From: Candidatus Marinacidobacterales bacterium
GTDB taxonomy: Bacteria; Acidobacteriota; Vicinamibacteria; Marinacidobacterales; DATDRI01
DNA length: 64,000 nucleotides
NCBI GenBank assembly: GCA_965226495.1
Contig: OZ245365.1
Coordinates: forward strand, 896,001 to 960,000
Direction: 5' to 3'
Positions 1-10,914 of this stretch are shown here, piece by piece; the first letter of the stretch is position 1; each line of letters opens with the position of its first letter. The notes under the pieces were generated by a model that ran no database searches, was not told the origin of the DNA, and saw only the letters and a list, made by a program, of their open reading frames with translations. Position numbers and translations under genes: made by a program.

Positions 1-288
1 GGGGATCGCGAGCGGCCCCTCGCCGAGCGACACCCCGGCATCGAGACCTGCCTTCTCGCTGTCGATGACCGAGAGGATCTTGTAGACCTCCGAGTGACGA
101 ACGAGCCCGTTGGCGGTCTTGCCGTCGACGGCACCGAAGTTCGCTTCGCAATAGACGATGGCAGTTGCAACTGGTCGCCGTTTACGGCTGGATGGTAGTT
201 GCGTGGATATCGTCGCCTCGTTTCCGGCGGTAAGGGTATGATCGGCAACGGGTGCGTTCACCGAAGGGGAGAATGGGGCTGTGGACAT
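1..288 (-). CDS. DUF1611 domain-containing protein, N-terminal part (runs off window edge)
   Basis: My translation from ATG 288 (GAGGAG RBS upstream) gives ...TAIVYCEANFGAVDGKTANGLVRHSEVYKILSVIDSEKAGLDAG..., the typical DUF1611 N-terminus. Not in the ORF track. Confidence 0.75.
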   Translation of the reverse strand, partial: MSTAPFSPSVNAPVADHTLTAGNEATISTQLPSSRKRRPVATAIVYCEANFGAVDGKTANGLVRHSEVYKILSVIDSEKAGLDAGVSLGEGPLAIP

Positions 289-529
289 CGTCGCTCCTCG
301 AGTTGAGCTCAGAGGAGGCGACCGGATCGTGCCGGCCGAAATTAGCCGGATGTCAAGGAGAGGTCCCCGCTAAGTTTAATTCGTGCTGCCTATGGTATCA
401 CACCCGCGATAGGCAAGTATCGGGGAAGCACTCATCAGCCGACAGCACCATTCCACTAATTCCCATTTAGTGAGAGAGTACCGCTCCCGAAGCGCCACAG
501 GCGCCCGGAATCAAGAGGAGGTCACCCCG

Positions 530-3007
530 TTGAGTCTACAGAGACCCGCATTCCCGCGGCTCGCCGCGACCATCATGTTTTTGGCGACGTTCATACCGTT
601 CGGCACGGTGGAGGCGCAGACCGAGCCCCCGATCGTCCAGCCGGGCGCTCCCGGAGAGCCTAGTCGGCAGATCTCCGCGGAGGAAGCCTCGGATCTCGCT
701 GGTATCCTGTATACCGAAGCCGACGTGAAGTTTATGCAAGGAATGATCTCTCACCATGCCCAGGCGCTCGAAATGACCGAGCTCCTCGCGTCGCGGAGTG
801 AGCGCGAGGTCATGCACACGCTTGCGAAACGCATGGAGCTCTCCCAAGAGGACGAGATCAAGATGATGCAGGAATGGCTCCGGTCACACGACCAGGAGGT
901 CACTGCCGTGGAGGCTCATCACGCGCATGGCGCGGTCCTGATGCCGGGCATGCTGACCGCCGAGCAGATGGGCCGTCTTGAACAAGCGCGCGCGATCGAG
1001 TTCGACCAAGCTTTCCTCGAGCTCATGATCAAGCATCACCAAGGCGCCTTGATCATGGTCGAGAATCTCCTCGCCCAGCAGGGCGCGGCACAGGACTCGG
1101 CCATCTACGGGTTCACTTCCGACATCGTCGCCGATCAGAGCATGGAGATCGATCGTATGGGGGGCATGCTGGCGGAGCTCTCCTCCGATCCTCGGGTCCA
1201 TCTCAAAGCTGGCTTTCGGGATGCCGGTGAGGCTGCGTTGAATCTGGAGCTCGTCGCGACGCTTCCAAAGCCGGAGGGTTTCTTCGATCCCCACGCGCCG
1301 GCGGGTTTGCCCGTACCGCCCGAGCCAGGAGACGAGGAAAGTGAGGAGCCAGAGGGCGATGCTGACGGCGAGACAGAGGATGAGGGAGAGGAGGCTGAAG
1401 AATCTGCCCCGGAGACGGGAAGGCCTGGTCTTTTGAACTTCGCGAACTCGGATCTCGCATTCGCGGGAGACGTCGTGTTCGAGGGCAATTTCCACGGCTT
1501 CAATACGTACAACGTCGAGGATCCGATGGTGCCACGGCTTCTGGGTTCTGTGGTGTGCCCGGGTGGTCAAGGCGATGTGTCCATCATTGGCAACCTCTTA
1601 ATAATGTCGGTCGAGCAGACACGGGGCCGACTCGACTGCGGCCTTCAGGGTGTTGCGGAGCCAGTCAGCGGCGCACGGTTCCGTGGAATCCGGATCTTCG
1701 ATATCAGCGATGTGCGGATCCCGAAACAGGTGGCCGCGGTTCAAACGTGCCGAGGCTCACACACGCACACCGTAGTGACCGACGTCGATGACGAGGGCAA
1801 CGTCTATGTCTTTGGTTCCGGCACGGGCTCGGTGCGCTCTGGAGAAGAGCTCGCCGGGTGTTCGGACGCGGGTCCGGGCGCGGATGAGAACACGGCTCTA
1901 TTCAGCATCGACGTCATCCAAATCCCGTTGGCGAAACCGGAAGAAGCGCGCATTGTGAACCGGCCGCGCATCTTTGCGGATCCGAATTCTGGCGTGATCG
2001 CAGGCTTGTGGAAGGGAGGCGATCATGGTCCGGGCACACAGAAGACTTCCGAGACCAACCAGTGCCACGACATCACGGTGTTTCCCGAGATGGGCCTCGC
2101 AGCGGGGGCGTGCTCCGGCAACGGCATCCTCCTCGATATCTCCGATCCGGTGAATCCGGTCCGGCTCGATCAGGTAGTCGACCCGAGCTTTGCCTACTGG
2201 CACTCGGCGACGTTCAACAACGACGGTACCAAAGTGATATTCACCGACGAATGGGGCGGCGGCATGCGCCCTCGATGTCGAGCCTCCGATCCCAAGCAGT
2301 GGGGCGCCAATGCGATTTTTGACATCGTCGATCGCAAGTTGCAGTTCCGAAGCTACTTCAAGTTGCCGGCGCCGCAAACCGAGGAGGAGAACTGCGTGGC
2401 CCACAACGGGTCTCTCGTCCCTGTCCCGGGGCGCGACATCATGGTTCAGGCTTGGTATCAGGGCGGCGTCTCTGTATTCGATTTCACCGATTCCTCTAGA
2501 CCGGTCGAGATTGCGTTCTTCGACCGCGGCCCGATCGATGGGAGTAAGCTCGTCATGGGGGGCCATTGGTCGGCGTACTGGTACAAGGGATTCATCTACG
2601 GTACGGAGATAGCTCGGGGCCTCGACGTGCTGAAACTCGAGCCGAGTGAGTTCCTGTCGCAGAACGAGCTCGGTGCTGCGTCACTGATCACCCCGGAGGT
2701 CGTCAATGCGCAGCAGCAACGGCGGGTCGATTGGCCGGCGAAGCCCGTTGTAGCGAGGGCGTATCTGGACCAGCTGGGGCGGAGCCGGGCGCTTACCTCG
2801 GAGAGGGCCGAGGCTTTGACGGAAGCGCTCGACCGCGCCGAGCAAATCCTCGCCAGCGGTACTTCAGACAAAGGCCGAACTTCGGGGCAGCTCGACGCGT
2901 TCGCAACCGAGCTCGAGCGCGATAGCGCTGGGGCGGGCCGACGCGACCAGGCTCGACTCCGGTCACTCGCGGAGACCGTGAAAGGCGTTGCCGACAGCCT
3001 AAGGTGA
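530..3007 (+). CDS. Secreted DUF305 (ferritin-like) + LVIVD-repeat fusion protein
   Basis: TTG at 530 follows GAGGAGG; signal peptide ending VEA-Q. DUF305 motifs FMQGMISHHAQALEM and LMIKHHQGAL; LVIVD-family motifs NSDLAF, CPGGQGDVS, CHDITV, WHSATFNNDGTKV. Confidence 0.8.
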   Translation: MSLQRPAFPRLAATIMFLATFIPFGTVEAQTEPPIVQPGAPGEPSRQISAEEASDLAGILYTEADVKFMQGMISHHAQALEMTELLASRSEREVMHTLAKRMELSQEDEIKMMQEWLRSHDQEVTAVEAHHAHGAVLMPGMLTAEQMGRLEQARAIEFDQAFLELMIKHHQGALIMVENLLAQQGAAQDSAIYGFTSDIVADQSMEIDRMGGMLAELSSDPRVHLKAGFRDAGEAALNLELVATLPKPEGFFDPHAPAGLPVPPEPGDEESEEPEGDADGETEDEGEEAEESAPETGRPGLLNFANSDLAFAGDVVFEGNFHGFNTYNVEDPMVPRLLGSVVCPGGQGDVSIIGNLLIMSVEQTRGRLDCGLQGVAEPVSGARFRGIRIFDISDVRIPKQVAAVQTCRGSHTHTVVTDVDDEGNVYVFGSGTGSVRSGEELAGCSDAGPGADENTALFSIDVIQIPLAKPEEARIVNRPRIFADPNSGVIAGLWKGGDHGPGTQKTSETNQCHDITVFPEMGLAAGACSGNGILLDISDPVNPVRLDQVVDPSFAYWHSATFNNDGTKVIFTDEWGGGMRPRCRASDPKQWGANAIFDIVDRKLQFRSYFKLPAPQTEEENCVAHNGSLVPVPGRDIMVQAWYQGGVSVFDFTDSSRPVEIAFFDRGPIDGSKLVMGGHWSAYWYKGFIYGTEIARGLDVLKLEPSEFLSQNELGAASLITPEVVNAQQQRRVDWPAKPVVARAYLDQLGRSRALTSERAEALTEALDRAEQILASGTSDKGRTSGQLDAFATELERDSAGAGRRDQARLRSLAETVKGVADSLR

Positions 3008-3072
3008 ACTCAGGGAGACGTCGGAAATACGCCGGCAACGTTTATCGAAGCTTTCGAATTATCGAATCCTCT

Positions 3073-3600
3073 TTATTTCCCCAGAAGCTCCTCGAGGGCA
3101 AGGCGCGTCTTGGGGTGAAGCTGCGCGTCGTCGAAGTAGCGGCCGACGACAGCGAGCGCTTCGTCGACGGTCGAAATATCGAGATGTCGAAGCAGATATC
3201 GTACGTCATCCAAGTCGTGGAACTCTTCGCCCAGCCGCATCGCTGCACATTTCATGGCGAGTAGGTAGTGCGGCTCTGCGACGTAGACGCGAAGGTGCGG
3301 GCGCTCGAGATAGGGAGCGAACTCTCCTCGAGGGCTGAGGAAACCCTTCACGGCATCGTTCAACCAGGTGCTCGAAACGTTTGCTTGGGCGGCGACGCGC
3401 CCTGCTGCTTCGCGGACCAGTTTGGCCGGTTTGAAGAATGCGTCGACATCGCGTGTCGCATCACGGGCATCCAGAACGAGGCACATGACCGCACCGCCGA
3501 CGACGTAGAGCTCGCCCAGGCTTTCTTCTTTCGCGAGTTCTGAATCGAGTAGATCGAACAACTGGATGATGTCCGATTTGGTGAGCCGCGATGTGGACAT
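3073..3600 (-). CDS. Nucleotidyltransferase-fold protein (DUF6036-like), putative toxin
   Basis: Motifs LYVVGGAVM, RDATRDVD, WLND and LLAMKCAAMR...DLDDV; starts 4 bp after the upstream gene. Confidence 0.7.
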   Translation of the reverse strand: MSTSRLTKSDIIQLFDLLDSELAKEESLGELYVVGGAVMCLVLDARDATRDVDAFFKPAKLVREAAGRVAAQANVSSTWLNDAVKGFLSPRGEFAPYLERPHLRVYVAEPHYLLAMKCAAMRLGEEFHDLDDVRYLLRHLDISTVDEALAVVGRYFDDAQLHPKTRLALEELLGK

Positions 3601-3604
3601 CCTG

Positions 3605-4093
3605 TTAGACGCGCTCGCCGATTCCCGAATCGACGAATATGTTTCGCTTTCTGAACGGCACCGGAGACGCCCTCAGCAAGTGTGGACGGAGGCTCGCGAG
3701 GGGCGCGGCAAAACGAGGCTCCGGCAGAGGCTCGACGCCGCCGACCCAGGCCGGCGGCGAGACTCCTTTTTGCTGCGATGCTTGCTCCACCATCGCAGCT
3801 ACGTAGTTCCGAAGGTAGGGCGATAGCGCTTCATCCGGAGCCTCGCCGACGGATTCTCGGAACTCCGAGCGCGTGAGACCGGCAAGAAGGTCGTTCAATT
3901 CGGCCAGGGCGAAACGCCGTTCGCCCTCATCCTGCAGCGCTCGGAGCAGCTCGGCGAATCGAACTTGGTTCTCCGGCAATGCGCGAGACAGGACATAAGC
4001 GGAGATGCTCTGTCCGGCGCGTCGTGCCAGGCGTTTGAGCGCAGCTTTCTCCTCGCGGGTTACCCGGATCTGCAGCTGCTCGGTCCTGTTCAT
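3605..4093 (-). CDS. Putative antitoxin/autoregulator with N-terminal ribbon-helix-helix-like domain
   Basis: N-terminus QLQIRVTREEKAALKRLARRAGQSISAYV is RHH-like; C-terminus PPAWV...PVPFRKRNIF; first gene of the two-gene operon. Confidence 0.6.
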   Translation of the reverse strand: MNRTEQLQIRVTREEKAALKRLARRAGQSISAYVLSRALPENQVRFAELLRALQDEGERRFALAELNDLLAGLTRSEFRESVGEAPDEALSPYLRNYVAAMVEQASQQKGVSPPAWVGGVEPLPEPRFAAPLASLRPHLLRASPVPFRKRNIFVDSGIGERV

Positions 4094-4099
4094 CAACCT

Positions 4100-4150
4100 A
4101 GGATAGCGCCGAAGTCCTTATATGTCAATACATGTGTATTGACATATAAG
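4100..4150 (-). promoter_or_regulatory. Sigma70 promoter with perfect palindromic operator for the TA-like operon
   Basis: CTTATATGTCAATACA-tg-TGTATTGACATATAAG at 4117-4150. Minus-strand TTGACA (4128-4123)-N17-TATCCT (4105-4100) ends 7 nt before ATG 4093. Confidence 0.8.
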
Positions 4151-4290
4151 TTCCCTAGAGTCACAGGATCCCGCTGCCGGCCACGGTGAGAAAACGTTGG
4201 CGAACGCGTAAGCGTCCGTGCTCCTGGCTTGAGCATTCTCGATGCTCAGGGACGCACCGCTCGTCATCTGTGTCTAAGGGCGAAAAGCTT

Positions 4291-4344
4291 ACCTCTCCCC
4301 CTTGGGGGAGAGGTCGACGGCGTTTGCGCCGTCGGGTGAGGGGG
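4291..4344. repeat. Intergenic double-hairpin (RIME/REP-like) element
   Basis: ACCTCTCCCCC-tt-GGGGGAGAGGT, then CGACGGCG-tttg-CGCCGTCG, then GGTGAGGGG; matches the layout of widespread CCTCTCCC...GGGAGAGG...GGTGAGGGG extragenic repeats. Confidence 0.6.
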
Positions 4345-4398
4345 AAGTCGGTGCTTGTACGACCGCGGTGCGAACGAGCGGCATCGCGAAGCTGCCAT

Positions 4399-5100
4399 TC
4401 ATCTGTCTGCACTGGACTGCTCCCGCTTTTCCTGTTCCAGCTTGCGCTTGACGAGAAGAGGGATTAGCGCAGCCACCGCCGCGAGCAGGCTAATCGGCGG
4501 AAGGCCTCCGTGCCACCCCGATGGCGCCAACCAGCCTTTCACGCCGAGGAACACGAGGTGAACGAGCACGAGAGCTAGAGCGAGGTAGCCCACACGCTGG
4601 GTTCGCTTCCAGCGCTTGCCTCCAAGCTCTCTCGGCATCATCGGAAGCGTGGAGATCGCCGGCGACAGGAGAAAGAACAGAGCGAGGACACCCACCGACA
4701 TCGCCAGCTCGCCGTCGAGATTCAAGCCGCCATCGGAGTCGAAATACTTGGCGTAGTACGCCGGTCGCAAGAGCGCGAGCGAAAAAAAAGCGTGCACCCC
4801 GGCCATGAAGAAACCGGTCAAACCGCAGAATTTGATCACCACCAGGCGCAGCGCCTTGTCGTGATCGTGCCAGTGGATGATCTTGCCGATGAGATACGAG
4901 CACGCGACGAACACCACCGCCGCCAAGGATGTCGCCTTGTTGAGGATGAAGAGCGGGAGGTGCCGCCAAGCAACGTCCCCGGCGAGGTGATAACGGACGA
5001 TCGCGTAGGCGAGCGAAGCTCCAAACACGACGGCAAACCACTTCCCTGTGGTGGGTTGCCACAGCCGATCGGGCGGCAGATCCGAATGCGCATCACTCAT
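4399..5100 (-). CDS. Ferric reductase-like transmembrane protein (MsrQ/STEAP-like)
   Basis: About 6 hydrophobic segments; His in AGVHAFFS and LVLVHLV; motif ISTLP...LGGKRWKRTQRVGYLAL. Confidence 0.6.
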   Translation of the reverse strand: MSDAHSDLPPDRLWQPTTGKWFAVVFGASLAYAIVRYHLAGDVAWRHLPLFILNKATSLAAVVFVACSYLIGKIIHWHDHDKALRLVVIKFCGLTGFFMAGVHAFFSLALLRPAYYAKYFDSDGGLNLDGELAMSVGVLALFFLLSPAISTLPMMPRELGGKRWKRTQRVGYLALALVLVHLVFLGVKGWLAPSGWHGGLPPISLLAAVAALIPLLVKRKLEQEKREQSSADR

Positions 5101-5307
5101 CTCGCGTGCCTCCTAGGGGTCTTTGGTCCCCGTTTGATGGGCGGTTCGGCCGCAAGCGATTTGCATGTGCTCCCCCAACTGGCCCAACGCGGCCTTCGGT
5201 ACCCACGTGTGGGGGAAGAGCACGTTCTCACGCTCTTGTGGGTCTGTAAGCAGGTTGTAGAGTCGCGGCATTCCGTACTCGCGCGTTTCGCTAAAGACGT
5301 GATGCAA
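5097..5307 (-). pseudogene. Frameshifted C-terminal remnant of a sulfatase-like gene
   Basis: PRLYNLLTDPQERENV resembles a sulfatase C-terminal motif; SLAAEPPIK continues in another frame; no N-terminal catalytic domain upstream. Confidence 0.5.
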
Positions 5308-5412
5308 CGGTTCCGGCGATCAGGCAACCTCGCGCGCGAGCCGGCGCAGCTCTACTTGTAAAGTATTGCAGATAAGTCGCTTACGAGTCAGCCTCACCCT
5401 CCAATTAATGCT

Positions 5413-5468
5413 TTGACATCCATCGAACATTTAGACTATGATATATCCGACCAAACTGGTCGTATATA
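5413..5468 (+). promoter_or_regulatory. suf operon sigma70 promoter with Rrf2-type operator
   Basis: TTGACA (5413-5418)-N18-TATGAT (5437-5442); inverted repeat TATATCCGACCA-aac-TGGTCGTATATA (5442-5468, 11/12 match). Confidence 0.75.
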
Positions 5469-5474
5469 GTAATC

Positions 5475-5966
5475 ATGCTGAGACTCTCCAAGAAAGTGGA
5501 CTACGGGCTGATGGCACTCATGCATCTGGCTCGATATGACGATGCCTCGTCCTGGAGTGCTCGCAAGATGGCGGAAACCTACGACATCCCGGGGGGGCTT
5601 CTGGCGAAGGTTCTTCAAAAGCTGGCACAAGATGGCTTCGTCGCATCCCAACATGGCCAGAAGGGCGGCTATACACTCGCACGTCCCGCCAGCCAGATCA
5701 GCGTGGCGGAGATCGTGCGAGCGATCGATGGGACGCTGTCCTTGACCGAATGTTCGTCGGTCGATGGGAACTGCCTGCAATTCGAGAACTGCAATGTGAA
5801 GAGCCCTCTACAAAGACTCCACGATCGCGTCGTCGGGATGTTGTCCACTCTGACCATCGCTCAGATGGTCGCGCAAGAGTCCGAGATTCGCCCAGCCGGC
5901 AATCCTGAAAGTCCTGACGTTCCTGACGTTCCTGACGTTATTGATGAGCTGCCGGTCCTCCAATAG
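5475..5966 (+). CDS. Rrf2-family Fe-S-sensing transcriptional regulator (IscR/SufR-like)
   Basis: MLRLSKKVDYGLMAL, GQKGGYTLARP, three Cys in ECSSVDGNCLQFENC; heads the suf operon. Confidence 0.9.
   Translation: MLRLSKKVDYGLMALMHLARYDDASSWSARKMAETYDIPGGLLAKVLQKLAQDGFVASQHGQKGGYTLARPASQISVAEIVRAIDGTLSLTECSSVDGNCLQFENCNVKSPLQRLHDRVVGMLSTLTIAQMVAQESEIRPAGNPESPDVPDVPDVIDELPVLQ
5904..5939 (+). repeat. 9-bp coding tandem repeat (CCTGACGTT x3 plus one degenerate unit)
   Basis: Directly visible; encodes PES-PDV-PDV-PDV in the Rrf2 C-terminal tail. Confidence 0.9.
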
Positions 5967-6019
5967 GAAATTCGGACCGAAGTGAATCGGTCCAGAAGAA
6001 CTCGACAAGGGGAGTATAG

Positions 6020-7465
<1,446 letters not shown>

Positions 7466-7470
7466 AAGCG

Positions 7471-8265
7471 ATGGCAAAGGGAAAATCAGCGATGCTCGAA
7501 ATCAACGATCTTCACGCCAAGGCCGGCTGTGTGGAGATTCTGAAGGGAATCAACCTCAAGGTAAATGCCGGCGAGGTGCACGCCATCATGGGGCCCAATG
7601 GTTCCGGCAAGAGCACCTTGTCTCAAGTACTTGCGGGAAGAGAGACGTACGTTGTTACCCGGGGAGAGGTGTTGTATCGAGGAGAGAACTTGCTGGAAAT
7701 GCCTCCCGAGGTCCGTGCCTGTGAAGGCATCTTTCTGGCTTTTCAATACCCGGTGGAGATTCCCGGCGTCAACAATACCTATTTCTTGAAGGCGGCGGCC
7801 AACGCGATCCGGAAGCATCGCGGCGAAGAAGAGCTCGACGCCATGGACTTCCTGGCCTTGGTTCGCAAGAAGATGAAGCTGGTGGAAATGGATGAAGGGC
7901 TCATCAACCGTCCCGTCAACGAAGGATTCTCCGGCGGCGAGAAGAAGCGAAACGAAGTGTTTCAACTTGCGGTCCTGGAGCCGGCGCTTGCTATCCTCGA
8001 CGAGACGGACTCCGGGCTCGATATCGACGCTCTGAAGGTCGTGGCCAATGGCGTCAACACGCTTCGCAGCGAAGAGCGCGCCTTTGTCGTGATCACGCAC
8101 TATCAGAGACTGCTGAATTACATCGTGCCCGATTTCGTTCACGTGATAGATGACGGACGCATCGTGCGCTCGGGAGGCAAAGAGTTGGCCCTCGAGCTCG
8201 AGGAGAAGGGGTACGGTTGGATCGAGAAGGTACCGGCGCCGAGTCAGACCGCCGAGGCTGTTTGA
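7471..8265 (+). CDS. sufC: Fe-S cluster assembly ATPase SufC
   Basis: GPNGSGKST, FQYPVEIPGV, NEGFSGGEKKR, LDETDSGLDIDAL. Confidence 0.98.
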   Translation: MAKGKSAMLEINDLHAKAGCVEILKGINLKVNAGEVHAIMGPNGSGKSTLSQVLAGRETYVVTRGEVLYRGENLLEMPPEVRACEGIFLAFQYPVEIPGVNNTYFLKAAANAIRKHRGEEELDAMDFLALVRKKMKLVEMDEGLINRPVNEGFSGGEKKRNEVFQLAVLEPALAILDETDSGLDIDALKVVANGVNTLRSEERAFVVITHYQRLLNYIVPDFVHVIDDGRIVRSGGKELALELEEKGYGWIEKVPAPSQTAEAV

Positions 8266-8279
8266 GCCGTCATGCCACC

Positions 8280-9638
8280 ATGCCTCCCATGTTAGAAGCG
8301 ACCAAGCAACTGGGAAATTACCTCGAGGAGTTTTCGCGCTTCGAGAAGGCCCTCGGGGGCAAGCCATCCTGGGTTCATTCTCTGCGGCAGGCAGCCATGC
8401 AACGCTTCGCGGAGCGCGGCTTCCCGACCACCCACGATGAAGAATGGCGTTTCACGAGCGTCGCCCCGATCACGCGCAACGCGTTCGAGCTCGCCACGCC
8501 CACAACTGTTTCACCCGATGCCCCTGCCCATATCGCCCGACTCGGTCTCGGCGAGTGGAACCGGAGCGAGCTGGTCTTCGTTAACGGATGGTTTTCGCCG
8601 GCGCTCTCGTCCATACGTTCTTTACCCCAAGGAGCGTTTGTGGGGAGCCTGAGTGAAGCCTTGGAGACGAAACGCGACCTCGTCGAACCGCACCTAGCAG
8701 GCTATGCTGACTACCGAGAGAATAGCTTCGCCGCATTGAATACAGCTTTCCTCGGGGATGGAGCCTTCGTTTTCTTGCCCAAGGGAGGAGTCGTCGAGGA
8801 ACCCATTCACCTCGTGTTCCTCTCTGCTCCTGGCGATACGGCCACGGTCTCGCACCCGCATAACCTTATTGTTGCGGAGTCGGGAAGCCAGGCAAGGATT
8901 GTGGAAAGCTACGCGGGGACGGACGGGATCGGCTATTTCACCAATGCGACCACCGAGGTTGTGGCCGGGGAAAGCGCCAACCTCGATCACTACAAGCTCC
9001 AACGCGAAAGCGCTCAGGCGTTCCACGTCGCCACGCTTCATTTTCAGCTCGAGCGGAGCGCGACGGTTTCTACTCACTCGATCTCGTTAGGTGGTGGGCT
9101 CGTTCGGAACGACATCAACGCCGTCTTGGACGGGGAGGGCGGCGATCTTACGCTAAACGGGCTCTATGTCGTGGGAGGCGAACAGCATGTCGACCACCAT
9201 ACGGTGATCGACCATGCTAAGCCGCACTGTACGAGCCGGGAGCTCTACAAAGGGATCTTGAACGAGCGTGCTCAAGCCGTCTTCAACGGCCGGGTCATCG
9301 TGCGTCCCGACGCCCAGAAGACCGATGCCCAGCAAACCAACAAGAACCTCCTGCTTTCGGACGAGGCCTTGGTAAATACTATCCCCCAGCTCGAGATCAA
9401 CGCCGACGACGTGAAGTGCGCGCACGGCGCGACCATTGGTCAGCTAGACGCCGACGTTCTCTTCTACCTTCGTTCTCGCGGGATCGACATCGAAACCGCC
9501 CGGCATCTCCTGACCTTCGGGTTCATGAGTGACATCAACTCCAGGATCAAGGTCGATGCGATTCGGTCGGAGCTCGAAAGGACATTGTTCGCCGGTTTGC
9601 CCGCACCAGTGAATGTGAGCGACGGGACACCCCGATGA
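8280..9638 (+). CDS. sufD: Fe-S cluster assembly protein SufD
   Basis: FPTTHDEEWRFT, AQKTDAQQTNKNLLLS, PQLEINADDVKCAHGAT; start placed at ATG 8280 after the sufC stop. Confidence 0.95.
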   Translation: MPPMLEATKQLGNYLEEFSRFEKALGGKPSWVHSLRQAAMQRFAERGFPTTHDEEWRFTSVAPITRNAFELATPTTVSPDAPAHIARLGLGEWNRSELVFVNGWFSPALSSIRSLPQGAFVGSLSEALETKRDLVEPHLAGYADYRENSFAALNTAFLGDGAFVFLPKGGVVEEPIHLVFLSAPGDTATVSHPHNLIVAESGSQARIVESYAGTDGIGYFTNATTEVVAGESANLDHYKLQRESAQAFHVATLHFQLERSATVSTHSISLGGGLVRNDINAVLDGEGGDLTLNGLYVVGGEQHVDHHTVIDHAKPHCTSRELYKGILNERAQAVFNGRVIVRPDAQKTDAQQTNKNLLLSDEALVNTIPQLEINADDVKCAHGATIGQLDADVLFYLRSRGIDIETARHLLTFGFMSDINSRIKVDAIRSELERTLFAGLPAPVNVSDGTPR

Positions 9639-9645
9639 GCGCCCG

Positions 9646-10914
9646 ATGAGTGTTGGCAGCAAGCCTTCGGCTACTCCACCGGTCGCAGCGAAGAAGCCGT
9701 ACGACGTCTACCGGCTCCGAGAAGACTTCCCCATTCTGAAGCAAAAAGTTCGAGGCAAGCCTCTCGTCTACCTAGACAATGCGGCTAGCTCGCAGAAGCC
9801 GAGGAAAGTGATCGATGCTATCTCGCGCTTTTACTCCGAAGATTATTCCAACATCCATCGCGGCGTCCACGAGCTGAGCCAGCGGGCCACCAAAGGCTAC
9901 GAAGACGCTCGGCTCAAGGTGCAGCGTTTCATCAAGGCGGCCAGCGAGCGGGAGATCATCTTCGTACGCGGCACCACCGAGGCCATCAACCTGGTAGCCG
10001 AAACCTATGGACGGGCTCAGGTAGGTGCTGGCGACGAAGTCTTGATCACGACCATGGAGCATCATTCCAACATCGTTCCATGGCAGATGCTTTGCGAGGA
10101 AAAAGGCGCTTACCTGAGAGTCGCCCCTATTAATGACCGGGGCGAAGTGATCCTGGACGAGCTCGAAAAACTCCTTAGCCCGAAGACCAAATTGGTGGCC
10201 TTGGCCCATGTTTCGAACGCGCTCGGCACCATCAACCCCGTGCGGGAGATTATTCGCATGGCGCACGCGGGTGACATTCCAGTCCTCCTCGATGCAGCGC
10301 AGGCCGTACCGCACATGGCCGTCGATGTGCAGGAGCTGGACGTCGACTTCTACGCCTTCTCGAGCCATAAGATGTTCGGCCCATCGGGGGTCGGTGTTCT
10401 CTATGGCAAGGAAGCGCTCCTCGAGGCGATGCCGCCCTACCAGGGTGGGGGAGATATGATCAGCTCGGTCACCTTCGAGAAGACGACCTACAACCAGCTT
10501 CCCTACAAATTCGAGGCAGGAACGCCGAACATTGCCGACGTGGTGGGACTGGGCGCCGCCATCGACTACGTCGAAGAGATCGGGATGGATGCCATGGAAG
10601 TTTACGAACAGGAGCTACTGGAGTACGGAACTCAAGCGCTCTCGAAGATTTCGGGGCTCACCATCATCGGCCAGGCGAAGGAAAAGGCGTCGGTTCTTTC
10701 TTTCGCCTTGGAGGGGATCCACCCCCACGACGTCGGCACGGTCTTGGATCAGGGCGGTATCGCGGTTCGAACCGGACACCACTGCGCACAGCCGGTAATG
10801 GACCGATTCGGACTCCCCGCCACCGCCCGCGCCTCGCTCGCGCTCTATAATACGAAGGAAGAGATCGATATCTTGGTCGAAGGAATTCATAAGGTCATCG
10901 AGGTGTTTCGTTGA
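9646..10914 (+). CDS. sufS: Cysteine desulfurase SufS
   Basis: YLDNAASSQKP, EHHSN, FSSHKMFGP (PLP Lys), RTGHHCAQP (catalytic Cys). Confidence 0.97.
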   Translation: MSVGSKPSATPPVAAKKPYDVYRLREDFPILKQKVRGKPLVYLDNAASSQKPRKVIDAISRFYSEDYSNIHRGVHELSQRATKGYEDARLKVQRFIKAASEREIIFVRGTTEAINLVAETYGRAQVGAGDEVLITTMEHHSNIVPWQMLCEEKGAYLRVAPINDRGEVILDELEKLLSPKTKLVALAHVSNALGTINPVREIIRMAHAGDIPVLLDAAQAVPHMAVDVQELDVDFYAFSSHKMFGPSGVGVLYGKEALLEAMPPYQGGGDMISSVTFEKTTYNQLPYKFEAGTPNIADVVGLGAAIDYVEEIGMDAMEVYEQELLEYGTQALSKISGLTIIGQAKEKASVLSFALEGIHPHDVGTVLDQGGIAVRTGHHCAQPVMDRFGLPATARASLALYNTKEEIDILVEGIHKVIEVFR

